Shown piece after piece: positions 27,729-42,700 of a DNA stretch of 64,000 nt. Under the pieces are notes generated by a model. That model worked only from the letters and a program-made list of their open reading frames with translations. It did not search any database and was not told the origin of the DNA. Position numbers and translations under genes: made by a program. This DNA comes from the human T2T-CHM13v2.0 reference genome, Homo sapiens, in assembly GCF_009914755.1 (NCBI RefSeq), contig NC_060934.1. One strand, 5' to 3'. Each line of letters begins with the position of its first letter. Position 1 is the first letter of the stretch.

Positions 27729-30700
27729 GGCTAATCTTTGAAATGGAAATATCTTCGTGTAAAAGCTACACAGAATCATTCTCAGAAACTGCTTTGTCAT
27801 CTGTGCGTTCAGTTCACAGAGTTTCACCTTTCTCTTCATAGAGCAGTTTGGAAAGACTCTGTCTGTAAAGTCTGCAAGTGATTAGTTAGACCCCTTTGAG
27901 GCCTTCGTTGGAAGCGGGATTTCTCATTTACTGCTAGACAGAAGAATTCTCAGTAAATCCTTAGTGTTGTGTGTATTCAACTCACAGAGTGGAACCTTCC
28001 TTTATTCAGAGCAGTTTTGAAAAACACTTTTTGTGGAATTTGCAAGTGGAGATTTCAAGCGATTTGACGCCAATCTTAGACATGGAAATATCTTCATATT
28101 AAAAGTACACAGAGTCATTCGTAGAAACTAGTTTGTGATGTGTGCCTTCAACTCACAGAGTTTAACCTTTCTTTTCATAGAGCAGTTTGGAAACACTCTA
28201 TTTGTAAAGTCTGCAAGTGGATATTTGGACCTCTTTGAGGCCTTCGTTGGAAACGGGATTTCTTCATACAACGCTAGACAGAAGAATTCTCAGTAACTTC
28301 GTTGTGTTGTGTGTATTCAACTCACAGAGTTGAACCTTTCTTTAGAGAGAGCAGAGTTGAAACACTCTGTTTTTGGAATTTGCAACTGCAGATTTCAAGC
28401 GATTCTAGGCCTATGGCAGAAAAGGAAATATCTTCGTATAAAAACTACACAGAATCATTCTCAACAACTACTTTGTGATGTGTGCGTTCAACTCACAGAG
28501 TTTAACCTTTCTTTTCATAGAGCAGTTTGGAAACACTCTGTTTGTAAAGCCTGCAAGTGCTTTTTTGGACTTCATTGAGGCCTTCGTTGGAAACGGGATT
28601 TCTTCATGTAATGCTAGACAGAAGAATTCTCAGTCACTTCTTTGTGTTGTGTGTATTCAAGTCACAGAGTTGAACCTTCCTTTAGACAGAGCAGTTTTGA
28701 AAAATTCTTTCTGTGGAGTTTGCAAGTGGAGATTTCAAGCGATTTGAGGCTAATCTTTGAAATGGAAATATCTTCGTGTAAAAACTACACAGAATCATTC
28801 TCAGAAACTGCTTTGTCATCTGTGCGTTCAGTTCACAGAGTTTCACCTTTCTCTTCATAGAGCAGTTTGGAAAGACTCTGTCTGTAAAGTCTGCAAGTGA
28901 TTAGTTAGACCCCTTTGAGGCCTTCGTTGGAAGCGGGATTTCTCATTTACTGCTAGACAGAAGAATTCTCAGTAAATCCTTTGTGTTGTGTGTATTCAAC
29001 TCACAGAGTGGAACCTTCCTTTATTCAGAGCAGTTTTGAAACACTCTTTTTGTGGAATTTGCAAGTGGAGATTTCAAGCGATTTGACGCCAATCTTAGAC
29101 ATGGAAATATCTTCATATTAAAAGTACACAGAGTCATTCGTAGAAACTAGTTTGTGATGTGTGCCTTCAACTCACAGAGTTTAACCTTTCTTTTCATAGA
29201 GCAGTTGGGAAACACTCTATTTGTAAAGTCTGCAAGTGGATATTTGGACCTCTTTGAGGCCTTCGTTGGAAACGGGATTTCTTCATATAACGCTAGACAG
29301 AAGAATTCTCAGTAACTTCTTTGTGTTGTGTGTATTCAACTCACAGAGTTGAACCTTTCTTTAGAGGGAGCAGAGGTGAAACACTCTTTTTGTGGAATTT
29401 GCTAGTGTAGATTTCAAACGCTTCGAAGACAGTGATAGAAAAGGATATATCTTCGTATTAAAAGTAGACAAAATCATTCTCAGAAAACTCTTTGTGATGT
29501 GTGTGTTCAACTCACAGAGTTTAACCTTTCTTTAATCGAGCAGTTTGGAAATACACTCTTTGTAAGTCTGCAGGTGGATATTTGGCCCTCTTTGAGCCCT
29601 TCGTTGGAAACGGGATTTCCTCATATAATGCTAGACAGAAGAATTCTCAGTAACTTCTTTGTGTTGTTTGTATTCAACACACAGATTTGAACCTTCCTTT
29701 AGAGAGAGCAGATTTGAAACACTCTGTTTTTGGAATTTGCAAGTGCAGATTTCAAGCGCTTCTAGGCCTATGGCAGAAAAGGAAATATCTTCGTATAAAA
29801 ACTACACAGAATCATTCTCAACAACTACTTTGTGATGTGTGCGTTCAACTCACAGAGTTTAACCTTTCTTTTCATAGAGCAGTTTGGAAACACTCTGTTT
29901 GTAAAGCCTGCAAGTGCTTTTTTGGACTTCATTGAGGCCTTCGTTGGAAACGGGATTTCTTCATATAATGCTAGACAGAAGAATTCTCAGTCACTTCTTT
30001 GTGTTGTGTGTATTCAAGTCACAGAGTTGAACCTTCCTTTAGACAGAGCAGTTTTGAAAAATTCTTTCTGTGGAGTTTGCAAGTGGAGATTTCAAGCGAT
30101 TTGAGGCTAATCTTTGAAATGGAAATATCTTCGTGTAAAAACTACACAGAATCATTCTCAGAAACTGCTTTGTCATCTGTGCGTTCAGTTCACAGAGTTT
30201 CACCTTTCTCTTCATAGAGCAGTTTGGAAAGACTCTGTCTGTAAAGTCTGCAAGTGATTAGTTAGATCCCTTTGAGGCCTTCGTTGGAAGCGGTATTTCT
30301 CATTTACTGCTAGACAGAAGAATTCTCAGTAAATCCTTAGTGTTGTGTGTATTCAACTCACAGAGTGGAACCTTCCTTTATTCAGAGCAGTTTTGAAAAA
30401 CACTTTTTGTGGAATTTGCAAGTGGAGATTTCAAGCGATTAGACGCCAATCTTAGACATGGAAATGTCTTCATATTAAAAGTACACAGAGTCATTCGTAG
30501 AAACTAGTTTGTGATGTGTGCCTTCAACTCACAGAGTTTAACCTTTCTTTTCATAGAGCAGTTTGGAAACACTCTATTTGTAAAGTCTGCAAGTGGATAT
30601 TTGGACCTCTTTGAGGCCTTCGTTGGAAACGGGATTTCTTCATACAACGCTAGACAGAAGAATTCTCAGTAACTTCTTTGTGTTGTGTGTATTCAACTCA

Positions 30701-33700
30701 CAGAGTTGAACCTTTCTTTAGAGAGAGCAGAGTTGAAACACTCTGTTTTTGGAATTTGCAACTGCAGATTTCAAGCGCTTCTAGGCCTATGGCAGAAAAG
30801 GAAATATCTTCGTATAAAAACTACACAGAATCATTCTCAACAACTACTTTGTGATGTGTGCGTTCAACTCACAGAGTTTAACCTTTCTTTTCATAGAGCA
30901 GTTTGGAAACACTCTGTTTGTAAAGCCTGCAAGTGCTTTTTTGGACTTCATTGAGGCCTTCGTTGGAAACGGGATTTCTTCATGTAATGCTAGACAGAAG
31001 AATTCTCAGTCACTTCTTTGTGTTGTGTGTATTCAAGTCACAGAGTTGAACCTTCCTTTAGACAGAGCAGTTTTGAAAAATTCTTTCTGTGGAATTTGCA
31101 AGTGGAGATTTCAAGCGATTTGAGGCTAATCTTTGAAATGGAAATATCTTCGTGTAAAAACTACACAGAATCATTCTCAGAAACTGCTTTGTCATCTGTG
31201 CGTTCAGTTCACAGAGTTTCACATTTCTCTTCATAGAGCAGTTTGGAAAGACTCTGTCTGTAAAGTCTGCAAGTGATTAGTTAGACCCCTTTGAGGCCTT
31301 CGTTGGAAGCGGGATTTCTCATTTACTGCTAGACAGAAGAATTCTCAGTAAATCCTTTGTGTTGTGTGTATTCAACTCACAGAGTGGAACCTTCCTTTAT
31401 TCAGAGCAGTTTTGAAACACTCTTTTTGTGGAATTTGCAAGTGGAGATTTCAAGCGATTTGACGCCAATCTTAGACATGGAAATATCTTCATATTAAAAG
31501 TACACAGAGTCATTCGTAGAAACTAGTTTGTGATGTGTGCCTTCAACTCACAGAGTTTAACCTTTCTTTTCATAGAGCAGTTGGGAAACACTCTATTTGT
31601 AAAGTCTGCAAGTGGATATTTGGACCTCTTTGAGGCCTTCGTTGGAAACGGGATTTCTTCATATAACGCTAGACAGAAGAATTCTCAGTAACTTCTTTGT
31701 GTTGTGTGTATTCAACTCACAGAGTTGAACCTTTCTTTAGAGGGAGCAGAGGTGAAACACTCTTTTTGTGGAATTTGCTAGTGTAGATTTCAAACGCTTC
31801 GAAGACAGTGATAGAAAAGGATATATCTTCGTATTAAAAGTAGACAAAATCATTCTCAGAAAACTCTTTGTGATGTGTGTGTTCAACTCACAGAGTTTAA
31901 CCTTTCTTTAATCGAGCAGTTTGGAAATACACTCTTTGTAAGTCTGCAGGTGGATATTTGGCCCTCTTTGAGCCCTTCGTTGGAAACGGGATTTCCTCAT
32001 ATAATGCTAGACAGAAGAATTCTCAGTAACTTCTTTGTGTTGTTTGTATTCAACACACAGATTTGAACCTTCCTTTAGAGAGAGCAGATTTGAAACACTC
32101 TGTTTTTGGAATTTGCAAGTGCAGATTTCAAGCGCTTCTAGCCCTATGGCAGAAAAGGAAATATCTTCGTATAAAAACTACACAGAATCATTCTCAACAA
32201 CTACTTTGTGATGTGTGCGTTCAACTCACAGTGTTTAACCTTTCTTTTCATAGAGCAGTTTGGAAACACTCTGTTTGTAAAGGCTGCAAGTGCTTTTTTG
32301 GACTTCATTGAGGCCTTCGTTGGAAACAGGATTTCTTCATATAATGCCAGACAGAAGAATTCTCAGTCACTTCTTTGTGTTGTGTGTATTCAAGTCACAG
32401 AGTTGAACCTTCCTTTAGACAGAGCAGTTTTGAAAAATTCTTTCTGTGGAGTTTGCAAGTGGAGATTTCAAGCGATTTGAGGCTAATCTTTGAAATGGAA
32501 ATATCTTCGTGTAAAAACTACACAGAATCATTCTCAGAAACTGCTTTGTCATCTGTGCGTTCAGTTCATAGAGTTTCACCTTTCTCTTCATAGAGCAGTT
32601 TGGAAAGACTCTGTCTGTAAAGTCTGCAAGTGATTAGTTAGACCCCTTTGAGGCCTTCGTTGGAAGCGGGATTTCTCATTTACTGCTAGACAGAAGAATT
32701 CTCAGTAAATCCTTTGTGTTGTGTGTATTCAACTCACAGAGTGGAACCTTCCTTTATTCAGAGCAGTTTTGAAACACTCTTTTTGTGGAATTTGCAAGTG
32801 GAGATTTCAAGCGATTTGACGCCAATCTTAGACATGGAAATATCTTCATATTAAAAGTACACAGAGTCATTCGTAGAAACTAGTTTGTGATGTGTGCCTT
32901 CAACTCACAGAGTTTAACCTTTCTTTTCATAGAGCAGTTGGGAAACACTCTATTTGTAAAGTCTGCAAGTGGATATTTGGACCTCTTTGAGGCCTTCGTT
33001 GGAAATGGGATTTCTTCATATAACGCTAGACAGAAGAATTCTCAGTAACTTCTTTGTGTTGTGTGTATTCAACTCACAGAGTTGAACCTTTCTTTAGAGG
33101 GAGCAGGGGTGAAACACTCTTTTTGTGGAATTTGCTAGTGTAGATTTCAAACGCTTCGAAGACAGTGATAGAAAAGGATATATCTTCGTATTAAAAGTAG
33201 ACAAAATCATTCTCAGAAAACTCTTTGTGATGTGTGTGTTCAACTCACAGAGTTTAACCTTTCTTTAATCGAGCAGTTTCGAAATACACTCTTTGTAAGT
33301 CTGCAGGTGGATATTTGGCCCTCTTTGAGCCCTTCGTTGGAAACGGGATTTCCTCATATAATGCTAGACAGAAGAATTCTCAGTAACTTCTTTGTGTTGT
33401 TTGTATTCAACACACAGATTTGAACCTTCCTTTAGAGAGAGCAGATTTGAAACACTCTGTTTTTGGAATTTGCAAGTGCAGATTTCAAGCGCTTCTAGGC
33501 CTATGGCAGAAAAGGAAATATCTTCGTATAAAAACTACACAGAATCATTCTCAACAACTACTTTGTGATGTGTGCGTTCAACTCACAGAGTTTAACCTTT
33601 CTTTTCATAGAGCAGTTTGGAAACACTCTGTTTGTAAAGCCTGCAAGTGCTTTTTTGGACTTCATTGAGGCCTTCGTTGGAAACGAGATTTCTTCATATA

Positions 33701-36700
33701 ATGCTAGACAGAAGAATTCTCAGTCACTTCTTTGTGTTGTGTGTATTCAAGTCACAGAGTTGAACCTTCCTTTAGACAGAGCAGTTTTGAAAAATTCTTT
33801 CTGTGTAATTTGCAAGTGGAGATTTCAAGCGATTTGAGGCTAATCTTTGAAATGGAAATATCTTCGTGTAAAAACTACACAGAATCATTCTCAGAAACTG
33901 CTTTGTCATCTGTGCGTTCAGTTCACAGAGTTTCACCTTTCTCTTCATAGAGCAGTTTGGAAAGACTCTGTCTGTAAAGTCTGCAAGTGATTAGTTAGAC
34001 CCCTTTGAGGCCTTCGTTGGAAGCGGGATTTCTCATTTACTGCTAGACAGAAGAATTCTCAGTAAATCCTTTGTGTTGTGTGTATTCAACTCACAGAGTG
34101 GAACCTTCCTTTATTCAGAGCAGTTTTGAAACACTCTTTTTGTGGAATTTGCAAGTGGAGATTTCAAGCGATTTGACGCCAATCTTAGACATGGAAATAT
34201 CTTCATATTAAAAGTACACAGAGTCATTCGTAGAAACTAGTTTGTGATGTGTGCCTTCAACTCACAGAGTTTAACCTTTCTTTTCATAGAGCAGTTGGGA
34301 AACACTCTATTTGTAAAGTCTGCAAGTGGATATTTGGACCTCTTTGAGGCCTTCGTTGGAAACGGGATTTCTTCATATAACGCTAGACAGAAGAATTCTC
34401 AGTAACTTCTTTGTGTTGTGTGTATTCAACTCACAGAGTTGAACCTTTCTTTAGAGGGAGCAGAGGTGAAACACTCTTTTTGTGGAATTTGCTAGTGTAG
34501 ATTTCAAACGCTTCGAAGACAGTGATAGAAAAGGATATATCTTCGTATTAAAAGTAGACAAAATCATTCTCAGAAAACTCTTTGTGATGTGTGTGTTCAA
34601 CTCACAGAGTTTAACCTTTCTTTAATCGAGCAGTTTGGAAATACACTCTTTGTAAGTCTGCAGGTGGATATTTGGCCCTCTTTGAGCCCTTCGTTGGAAA
34701 CGGGATTTCCTCATATAATGCTAGACAGAAGAATTCTCAGTAACTTCTTTGTGTTGTTTGTATTCAACACACAGATTTGAACCTTCCTTTAGAGAGAGCA
34801 GATTTGAAACACTCTGTTTTTGGAATTTGCAAGTGCAGATTTCAAGCGCTTCTAGGCCAATGGCAGAAAAGGAAATATCTTCGTATAAAAACTACACAGA
34901 ATCATTCTCAACAACTACTTTGTGATGTGTGCGTTCAACTCACAGAGTTTAACCTTTCTTTTCATAGAGCAGTTTGGAAACACTCTGTTTGTAAAGCCTG
35001 CAAGTGCTTTTTTGGACTTCATTGAGGCCTTCGTTGGAAACGGGATTTCTTCATATGCTAGACAGAAGAATTCTCAGTCACTTCTTTGTGTTGTGTGTAT
35101 TCAAGTCACAGAGTTGAACCTTCCTTTAGACAGAGCAGTTTTGAAAAATTCTTTCTGTGGAGTTTGCAAGTGGAGATTTCAAGCGATTTGAGGCTAATCT
35201 TTGAAATGGAAATATCTTCGTGTAAAAACTACACAGAATCATTCTCAGAAACTGCTTTGTCATCTGTGCGTTCAGTTCACAGAGTTTCACCTTTCTCTTC
35301 ATAGAGCAGTTTGGAAAGACTCTGTCTGTAAAGTCTGCAAGTGATTAGTTAGACCCCTTTGAGGCCTTCGTTGGAAGCGGGATTTCTCATTTACTGCTAG
35401 ACAGAAGAATTCTCAGTAAATCCTTTGTGTTGTGTGTATTCAACTCACAGAGTGGAACCTTCCTTTATTCAGAGCAGTTTTGAAACACACTTTTTGTGGA
35501 ATTTGCAAGTGGAGATTTCAAGCGATTAGACGCCAATCTTAGACATGGAAATGTCTTCATATTAAAAGTACACAGAGTCATTCGTAGAAACTAGTTTGTG
35601 ATGTGTGCCTTCAACTCACAGAGTTTAACCTTTCTTTTCATAGAGCAGTTTGGAAACACTCTATTTGTAAAGTCTGCAAGTGGATATTTGGACCTCTTTG
35701 AGGCCTTCGTTGGAAACGGGATTTCTTCATACAACGCTAGACAGAAGAATTCTCAGTAACTTCTTTGTGTTGTGTGTATTCAACTCACAGAGTTGAACCT
35801 TTCTTTAGAGAGAGCAGAGTTGAAACACTCTGTTTTTGGAATTTGCAAGTGCAGATTTCAAGCGCTTCTAGGCCTATGGCAGAAAAGGAAATATCTTCGT
35901 ATAAAAACTACACAGAATCATTCTCAACAACTACTTTGTGATGTGTGCGTTCAACTCACAGAGTTTAACCTTTCTTTTCATAGAGCAGTTTGGAAACACT
36001 CTGTTTGTAAAGCCTGCAAGTGCTTTTTTGGACTTCATTGAGGCCTTCGTTGGAAACGGGATTTCTTCATGTAATGCTAGACAGAAGAATTCTCAGTCAC
36101 TTCTTTGTGTTGTGTGTATTCAAGTCACAGAGTTGAACCTTCCTTTAGACAGAGCAGTTTTGAAAAATTCTTTCTGTGGAATTTGCAAGTGGAGATTTCA
36201 AGCGATTTGAGGCTAATCTTTGAAATGGAAATATCTTCGTGTAAAAACTACACAGAATCATTCTCAGAAACTGCTTTGTCATCTGTGCGTTCAGTTCACA
36301 GAGTTTCACCTTTCTCTTTATAGAGCAGTTTGGAAAGACTCTGTCTGTAAAGTCTGCAAGTGATTAGTTAGACCCCTTTGAGGCCTTCGTTGGAAGCGGG
36401 ATTTCTCATTTACTGCTAGACAGAAGAATTCTCAGTAAATCCTTTGTGTTGTGTGTATTCAACTCACAGAGTGGAACCTTCCTTTATTCAGAGCAGTTTT
36501 GAAACACTCTTTTTGTGGAATTTGCAAGTGGAGATTTCAAGCGATTTGACGCCAATCTTAGACATGGAAATATCTTCATATTAAAAGTACACAGAGTCAT
36601 TCGTAGAAACTAGTTTGTGATGTGTGCCTTCAACTCACAGAGTTTAACCTTTCTTTTCATAGAGCAGTTTGGAAACACTCTATTTGTAAAGTCTGCAAGT

Positions 36701-39700
36701 GGATATTTGGACCTCTTTGAGGCCTTCGTTGGAAACGGGATTTCTTCATACAACGCTAGACAGAAGAATTCTCAGTAACTTCTTTGTGTTGTGTGTATTC
36801 AACTCACAGAGTTGAACCTTTCTTTAGAGAGAGCAGAGTTGAAACACTCTGTTTTTGGAATTTGCAAGTGCAGATTTCAAGCGATTCTAGGCCTATGGCA
36901 GAAAAGGAAATATCTTCGTATAAAAACTACACAGAATCATTCTCAACAACTACTTTGTGATGTGTGCGTTCAACTCACAGAGTTTAACCTTTCTTTTCAT
37001 AAAGCAGTTTGGAAACACTCTGTTTGTAAAGCCTGCAAGTGCTTTTTTGGACTTCATTGAGGCCTTCGTTGGAAACGGGATTTCTTCATATAATGCTAGA
37101 CAGAAGAATTCTCAGTCACTTCTTTGTGTTGTGTGTATTCAAGTCACAGAGTTGAACCTTCCTTTAGACAGAGCAGTTTTGAAAAATTCTTTCTGTGGAG
37201 TTTGCAAGTGGAGATTTCAAGCGATTTGAGGCTAATCTTTGAAATGGAAATATCTTCGTGTAAAAACTACACAGAATCATTCTCAGAAACTGCTTTGTCA
37301 TCTGTGCGTTCAGTTCACAGAGTTTCACCTTTCTCTTCATAGAGCAGTTTGGAAAGACTCTGTCTGTAAAGTCTGCAAGTGATTAGTTAGACCCCTTTGA
37401 GGCCTTCGTTGGAAGCGGGATTTCTCATTTACTGCTAGACAGAAGAATTCTCAGTAAATCCTTTGTGTTGTGTGTATTCAACTCACAGAGTGGAACCTTC
37501 CTTTATTCAGAGCAGTTTTGAAAAACACTTTTTGTGGAATTTGCAAGTGGAGATTTCAAGCGATTTGACGCCAATCTTAGACATGGAAATATCTTCATAT
37601 TAAAAGTACACAGAGTCATTCGTAGAAACTAGTTTGTGATGTGTGCCTTCAACTCACAGAGTTTAACCTTTCTTTTCATAGAGCAGTTTGGAAACACTCT
37701 ATTTGTAAAGTCTGCAAGTGGATATTTGGACCTCTTTGAGGCCTTCGTTGGAAACGGGATTTCTTCATACAACGCTAGACAGAAGAATTCTCAGTAACTT
37801 CTTTGTGTTGTGTGTATTCAACTCACAGAGTTGAACCTTTCTTTAGAGAGAGCAGAGCTGAAACACTCTGTTTTTGGAATTTGCAACTGCAGATTTCAAG
37901 CGATTCTAGGCCTATGGCAGAAAAGGAAATATCTTCGTATAAAAACTACACAGAATCATTCTCAACAACTACTTTGTGATGTGTGCGTTCAACTCACAGA
38001 GTTTAACCTTTCTTTTCATAGAGCAGTTTGGAAACACTCTGTTTGTAAAGCCTGCAAGTGCTTTTTTGGACTTCATTGAGGCCTTCGTTGGAAACGGGAT
38101 TTCTTCATGTAATGCTAGACAGAAGAATTCTCAGTCACTTCTTTGTGTTGTGTGTATTCAAGTCACAGAGTTGAACCTTCCTTTAGACAGAGCAGTTTTG
38201 AAAAATTCTTTCTGTGGAGTTTGCAAGTGGAGATTTCAAGCGATTTGAGGCTAATCTTTGAAATGGAAATATCTTCGTGTAAAAACTACACAGAATCATT
38301 CTCAGAAACTGCTTTGTCATCTGTGCGTTCAGTTCACAGAGTTTCACCTTTCTCTTCATAGAGCAGTTTGGAAAGACTCTGTCTGTAAAGTCTGCAAGTG
38401 ATTAGTTAGACCCCTTTGAGGCCTTCGTTGGAAGCGGGATTTCTCATTTACTGCTAGACAGAAGAATTCTCAGTAAATCCTTTGTGTTGTGTGTATTCAA
38501 CTCACAGAGTGGAACCTTCCTTTATTCAGAGCAGTTTTGAAACACTCTTTTTGTGGAATTTGCAAGTGGAGATTTCAAGCGATTTGACGCCAATCTTAGA
38601 CATGGAAATATCTTCATATTAAAAGTACACAGAGTCATTCGTAGAAACTAGTTTGTGATGTGTGCCTTCAACTCACAGAGTTTAACCTTTCTTTTCATAG
38701 AGCAGTTGGGAAACACTCTATTTGTAAAGTCTGCAAGTGGATATTTGGACCTCTTTGAGGCCTTCGTTGGAAACGGGATTTCTTCATATAACGCTAGACA
38801 GAAGAATTCTCAGTAACTTCTTTGTGTTGTGTGTATTCAACTCACAGAGTTGAACCTTTCTTTAGAGGGAGCAGAGGTGAAACACTCTTTTTGTGGAATT
38901 TCCTAGTGTAGATTTCAAACGCTTCGAAGACAGTGATAGAAAAGGATATATCTTCGTATTAAAAGTAGACAAAATCATTCTCAGAAAACTCTTTGTGATG
39001 TGTGTGTTCAACTCACAGAGTTTAACCTTTCTTTAATCGAGCAGTTTGGAAATACACTCTTTGTAAGTCTGCAGGTGGATATTTGGCCCTCTTTGAGCCC
39101 TTCGTTGGAAACGGGATTTCCTCATATAATGCTAGACAGAAGAATTCTCAGTAACTTCTTTGTGTTGTTTGTATTCAACACACAGATTTGAACCTTCCTT
39201 TAGAGAGAGCAGATTTGAAACACTCTGTTTTTGGAATTTGCAAGTGCAGATTTCAAGCGCTTCTAGGCCTATGGCAGAAAAGGAAATATCTTCGTATAAA
39301 AACTACACAGAATCATTCTCAACAACTACTTTGTGATGTGTGCGTTCAACTCACAGAGTTTAACCTTTCTTTTCATAGAGCAGTTTGGAAACACTCTGTT
39401 TGTAAAGCCTGCAAGTGCTTTTTTGGACTTCATTGAGGCCTTCGTTGGAAACGGGATTTCTTCATATAATGCTAGACAGAAGAATTCTCAGTCACTTCTT
39501 TGTGTTGTGTGTATTCAAGTCACAGAGTTGAACCTTCCTTTAGACAGAGCAGTTTTGAAAAATTCTTTCTGTGGAGTTTGCAAGTGGAGATTTCAAGCGA
39601 TTTGAGGCTAATCTTTGAAATGGAAATATCTTCGTGTAAAAACTACACAGAATCATTCTCAGAAACTGCTTTGTCATCTGTGCGTTCAGTTCACAGAGTT

Positions 39701-42700
39701 TCACCTTTCTCTTCATAGAGCAGTTTGGAAAGACTCTGTCTGTAAAGTCTGCAAGTGATTAGTTAGACCCCTTTGAGGCCTTCGTTGGAAGCGGGATTTC
39801 TCATTTACTGCTAGACAGAAGAATTCTCAGTAAATCCTTTGTGTTGTGTGTATTCAACTCACAGAGTGGAACCTTCCTTTATTCAGAGCAGTTTTGAAAA
39901 ACACTTTTTGTGGAATTTGCAAGTGGAGATTTCAAGCGATTTGACGCCAATCTTAGACATGGAAATGTCTTCATATTAAAAGTACACAGAGTCATTCGTA
40001 GAAACTAGTTTGTGATGTGTGCCTTCAACTCACAGAGTTTAACCTTTCTTTTCATAGAGCAGTTTGGAAACACTCTATTTGTAAAGTCTGCAAGTGGATA
40101 TTTGGACCTCTTTGAGGCCTTCGTTGGAAACGGGATTTCTTCATACAACGCTAGACAGAAGAATTCTCAGTAACTTCTTTGTGTTGTGTGTATTCAACTC
40201 ACAGAGTTGAACCTTTCTTTAGAGAGAGCAGAGTTGAAACACTCTGTTTTTGGAATTTGCAACTGCAGATTTCAAGCGATTCTAGGCCTATGGCAGAAAA
40301 GGAAATATCTTCGTATAAAAACTACACAGAATCATTCTCAACAACTACTTTGTGATGTGTGCGTTCAACTCACAGAGTTTAACCTTTCTTTTCATAGAGC
40401 AGTTTGGAAACACTCTGTTTGTAAAGCCTGCAAGTGCTTTTTTGGACTTCATTGAGGCCTTCGTTGGAAACGGGATTTCTTCATGTAATGCTAGACAGAA
40501 GAATTCTCAGTCACTTCTTTGTGTTGTGTGTATTCAAGTCACAGAGTTGAACCTTCCTTTAGACAGAGCAGTTTTGAAAAATTCTTTCTGTGGAGTTTGC
40601 AAGTGGAGATTTCAAGCGATTTGAGGCTAATCTTTGAAATGGAAATATCTTCGTGTAAAAACTACACAGAATCATTCTCAGAAACTGCTTTGTCATCTGT
40701 GCGTTCAGTTCACAGAGTTTCACCTTTCTCTTCATAGAGCAGTTTGGAAAGACTCTGTCTGTGAAGTCTGCAAGTGATTAGTTAGACCCCTTTGAGGCCT
40801 TCGTTGGAAGCGGGATTTCTCATTTACTGCTAGACAGAAGAATTCTCAGTAAATCCTTTGTGTTGTGTGTATTCAACTCACAGAGTGGAACCTTCCTTTA
40901 TTCAGAGCAGTTTTGAAACACTCTTTTTGTGGAATTTGCAAGTGGAGATTTCAAGCGATTTGACGCCAATCTTAGACATGGAAATATCTTCATATTAAAA
41001 GTACACAGAGTCATTCGTAGAAACTAGTTTGTGATGTGTGCCTTCAACTCACAGAGTTTAACCTTTCTTTTCATAGAGCAGTTGGGAAACACTCTATTTG
41101 TAAAGTCTGCAAGTGGATATTTGGACCTCTTTGAGGCCTTCGTTGGAAACGGGATTTCTTCATATAACGCTAGACAGAAGAATTCTCAGTAACTTCTTTG
41201 TGTTGTGTGTATTCAACTCACAGAGTTGAACCTTTCTTTAGAGGGAGCAGAGGTGAAACACTCTTTTTGTGGAATTTGCTAGTGTAGATTTCAAACGCTT
41301 CGAAGACAGTGATAGAAAAGGATGTATCTTCGTATTAAAAGTAGACAAAATCATTCTCAGAAAACTCTTTGTGATGTGTGTGTTCAACTCACAGAGTTTA
41401 ACCTTTCTTTAATCGAGCAGTTTGGAAATACACTCTTCGTAAGTCTGCAGGTGGATATTTGGCCCTCTTTGAGCCCTTCGTTGGAAACGGGATTTCTTCA
41501 TATAATGCTAGACAGAAGAATTCTCAGTAACTTCTTTGTGTTGTTTGTATTCAACACACAGATTTGAACCTTCCTTTAGAGAGAGCAGATTTGAAACACT
41601 CTGTTTTTGGAATTTGCAAGTGCAGATTTCAAGCGCTTCTAGGCCTATGGCAGAAAAGGAAATATCTTCGTATAAAAACTACACAGAATCATTCTCAACA
41701 ACTACTTTGTGATGTGTGCGTTCAACTCACAGAGTTTAACCTTTCTTTTCATAGAGCAGTTTGGAAACACTCTGTTTGTAAAGCCTGCAAGTGCTTTTTT
41801 GGACTTCATTGAGGCCTTCGTTGGAAACGGGATTTCTTCATATAATGCTAGACAGAAGAATTCTCAGTCACTTCTTTGTGTTGTGTGTATTCAAGTCACA
41901 GAGTTGAACCTTCCTTTAGACAGAGCAGTTTTGAAAAATTCTTTCTGTGGAGTTTGCAAGTGGAGATTTCAAGCGATTTGAGGCTAATCTTTGAAATGGA
42001 AATATCTTCGTGTAAAAACTACACAGAATCATTCTCAGAAACTGCTTTGTCATCTGTGCGTTCAGTTCACAGAGTTTCACCTTTCTCTTCATAGAGCAGT
42101 TTGGAAAGACTCTGTCTGTAAAGTCTGCAAGTGATTAGTTAGACCCCTTTGAGGCCTTCGTTGGAAGCGGGATTTCTCATTTACTGCTAGACAGAAGAAT
42201 TCTCAGTAAATCCTTTGTGTTGTGTGTATTCAACTCACAGAGTGGAACCTTCCTTTATTCAGAGCAGTTTTGAAAAACACTTTTTGTGGAATTTGCAAGT
42301 GGAGATTTCAAGCGATTTGACGCCAATCTTAGACATGGAAATATCTTCATATTAAAAGTACACAGAGTCATTCGTAGAAACTAGTTTGTGATGTGTGCCT
42401 TCAACTCACAGAGTTTAACCTTTCTTTTCATAGAGCAGTTTGGAAACACTCTATTTGTAAAGTCTGCAAGTGGATATTTGGACCTCTTTGAGGCCTTCGT
42501 TGGAAACGGGATTTCTTCATACAACGCTAGACAGAAGAATTCTCAGTAACTTCTTTGTGTTGTGTGTATTCAACTCACAGAGTTGAACCTTTCTTTAGAG
42601 AGAGCAGAGTTGAAACACTCTGTTTTTGGAATTTGCAACTGCAGATTTCAAGCGATTCTAGGCCTATGGCAGAAAAGGAAATATCTTCGTATAAAAACTA

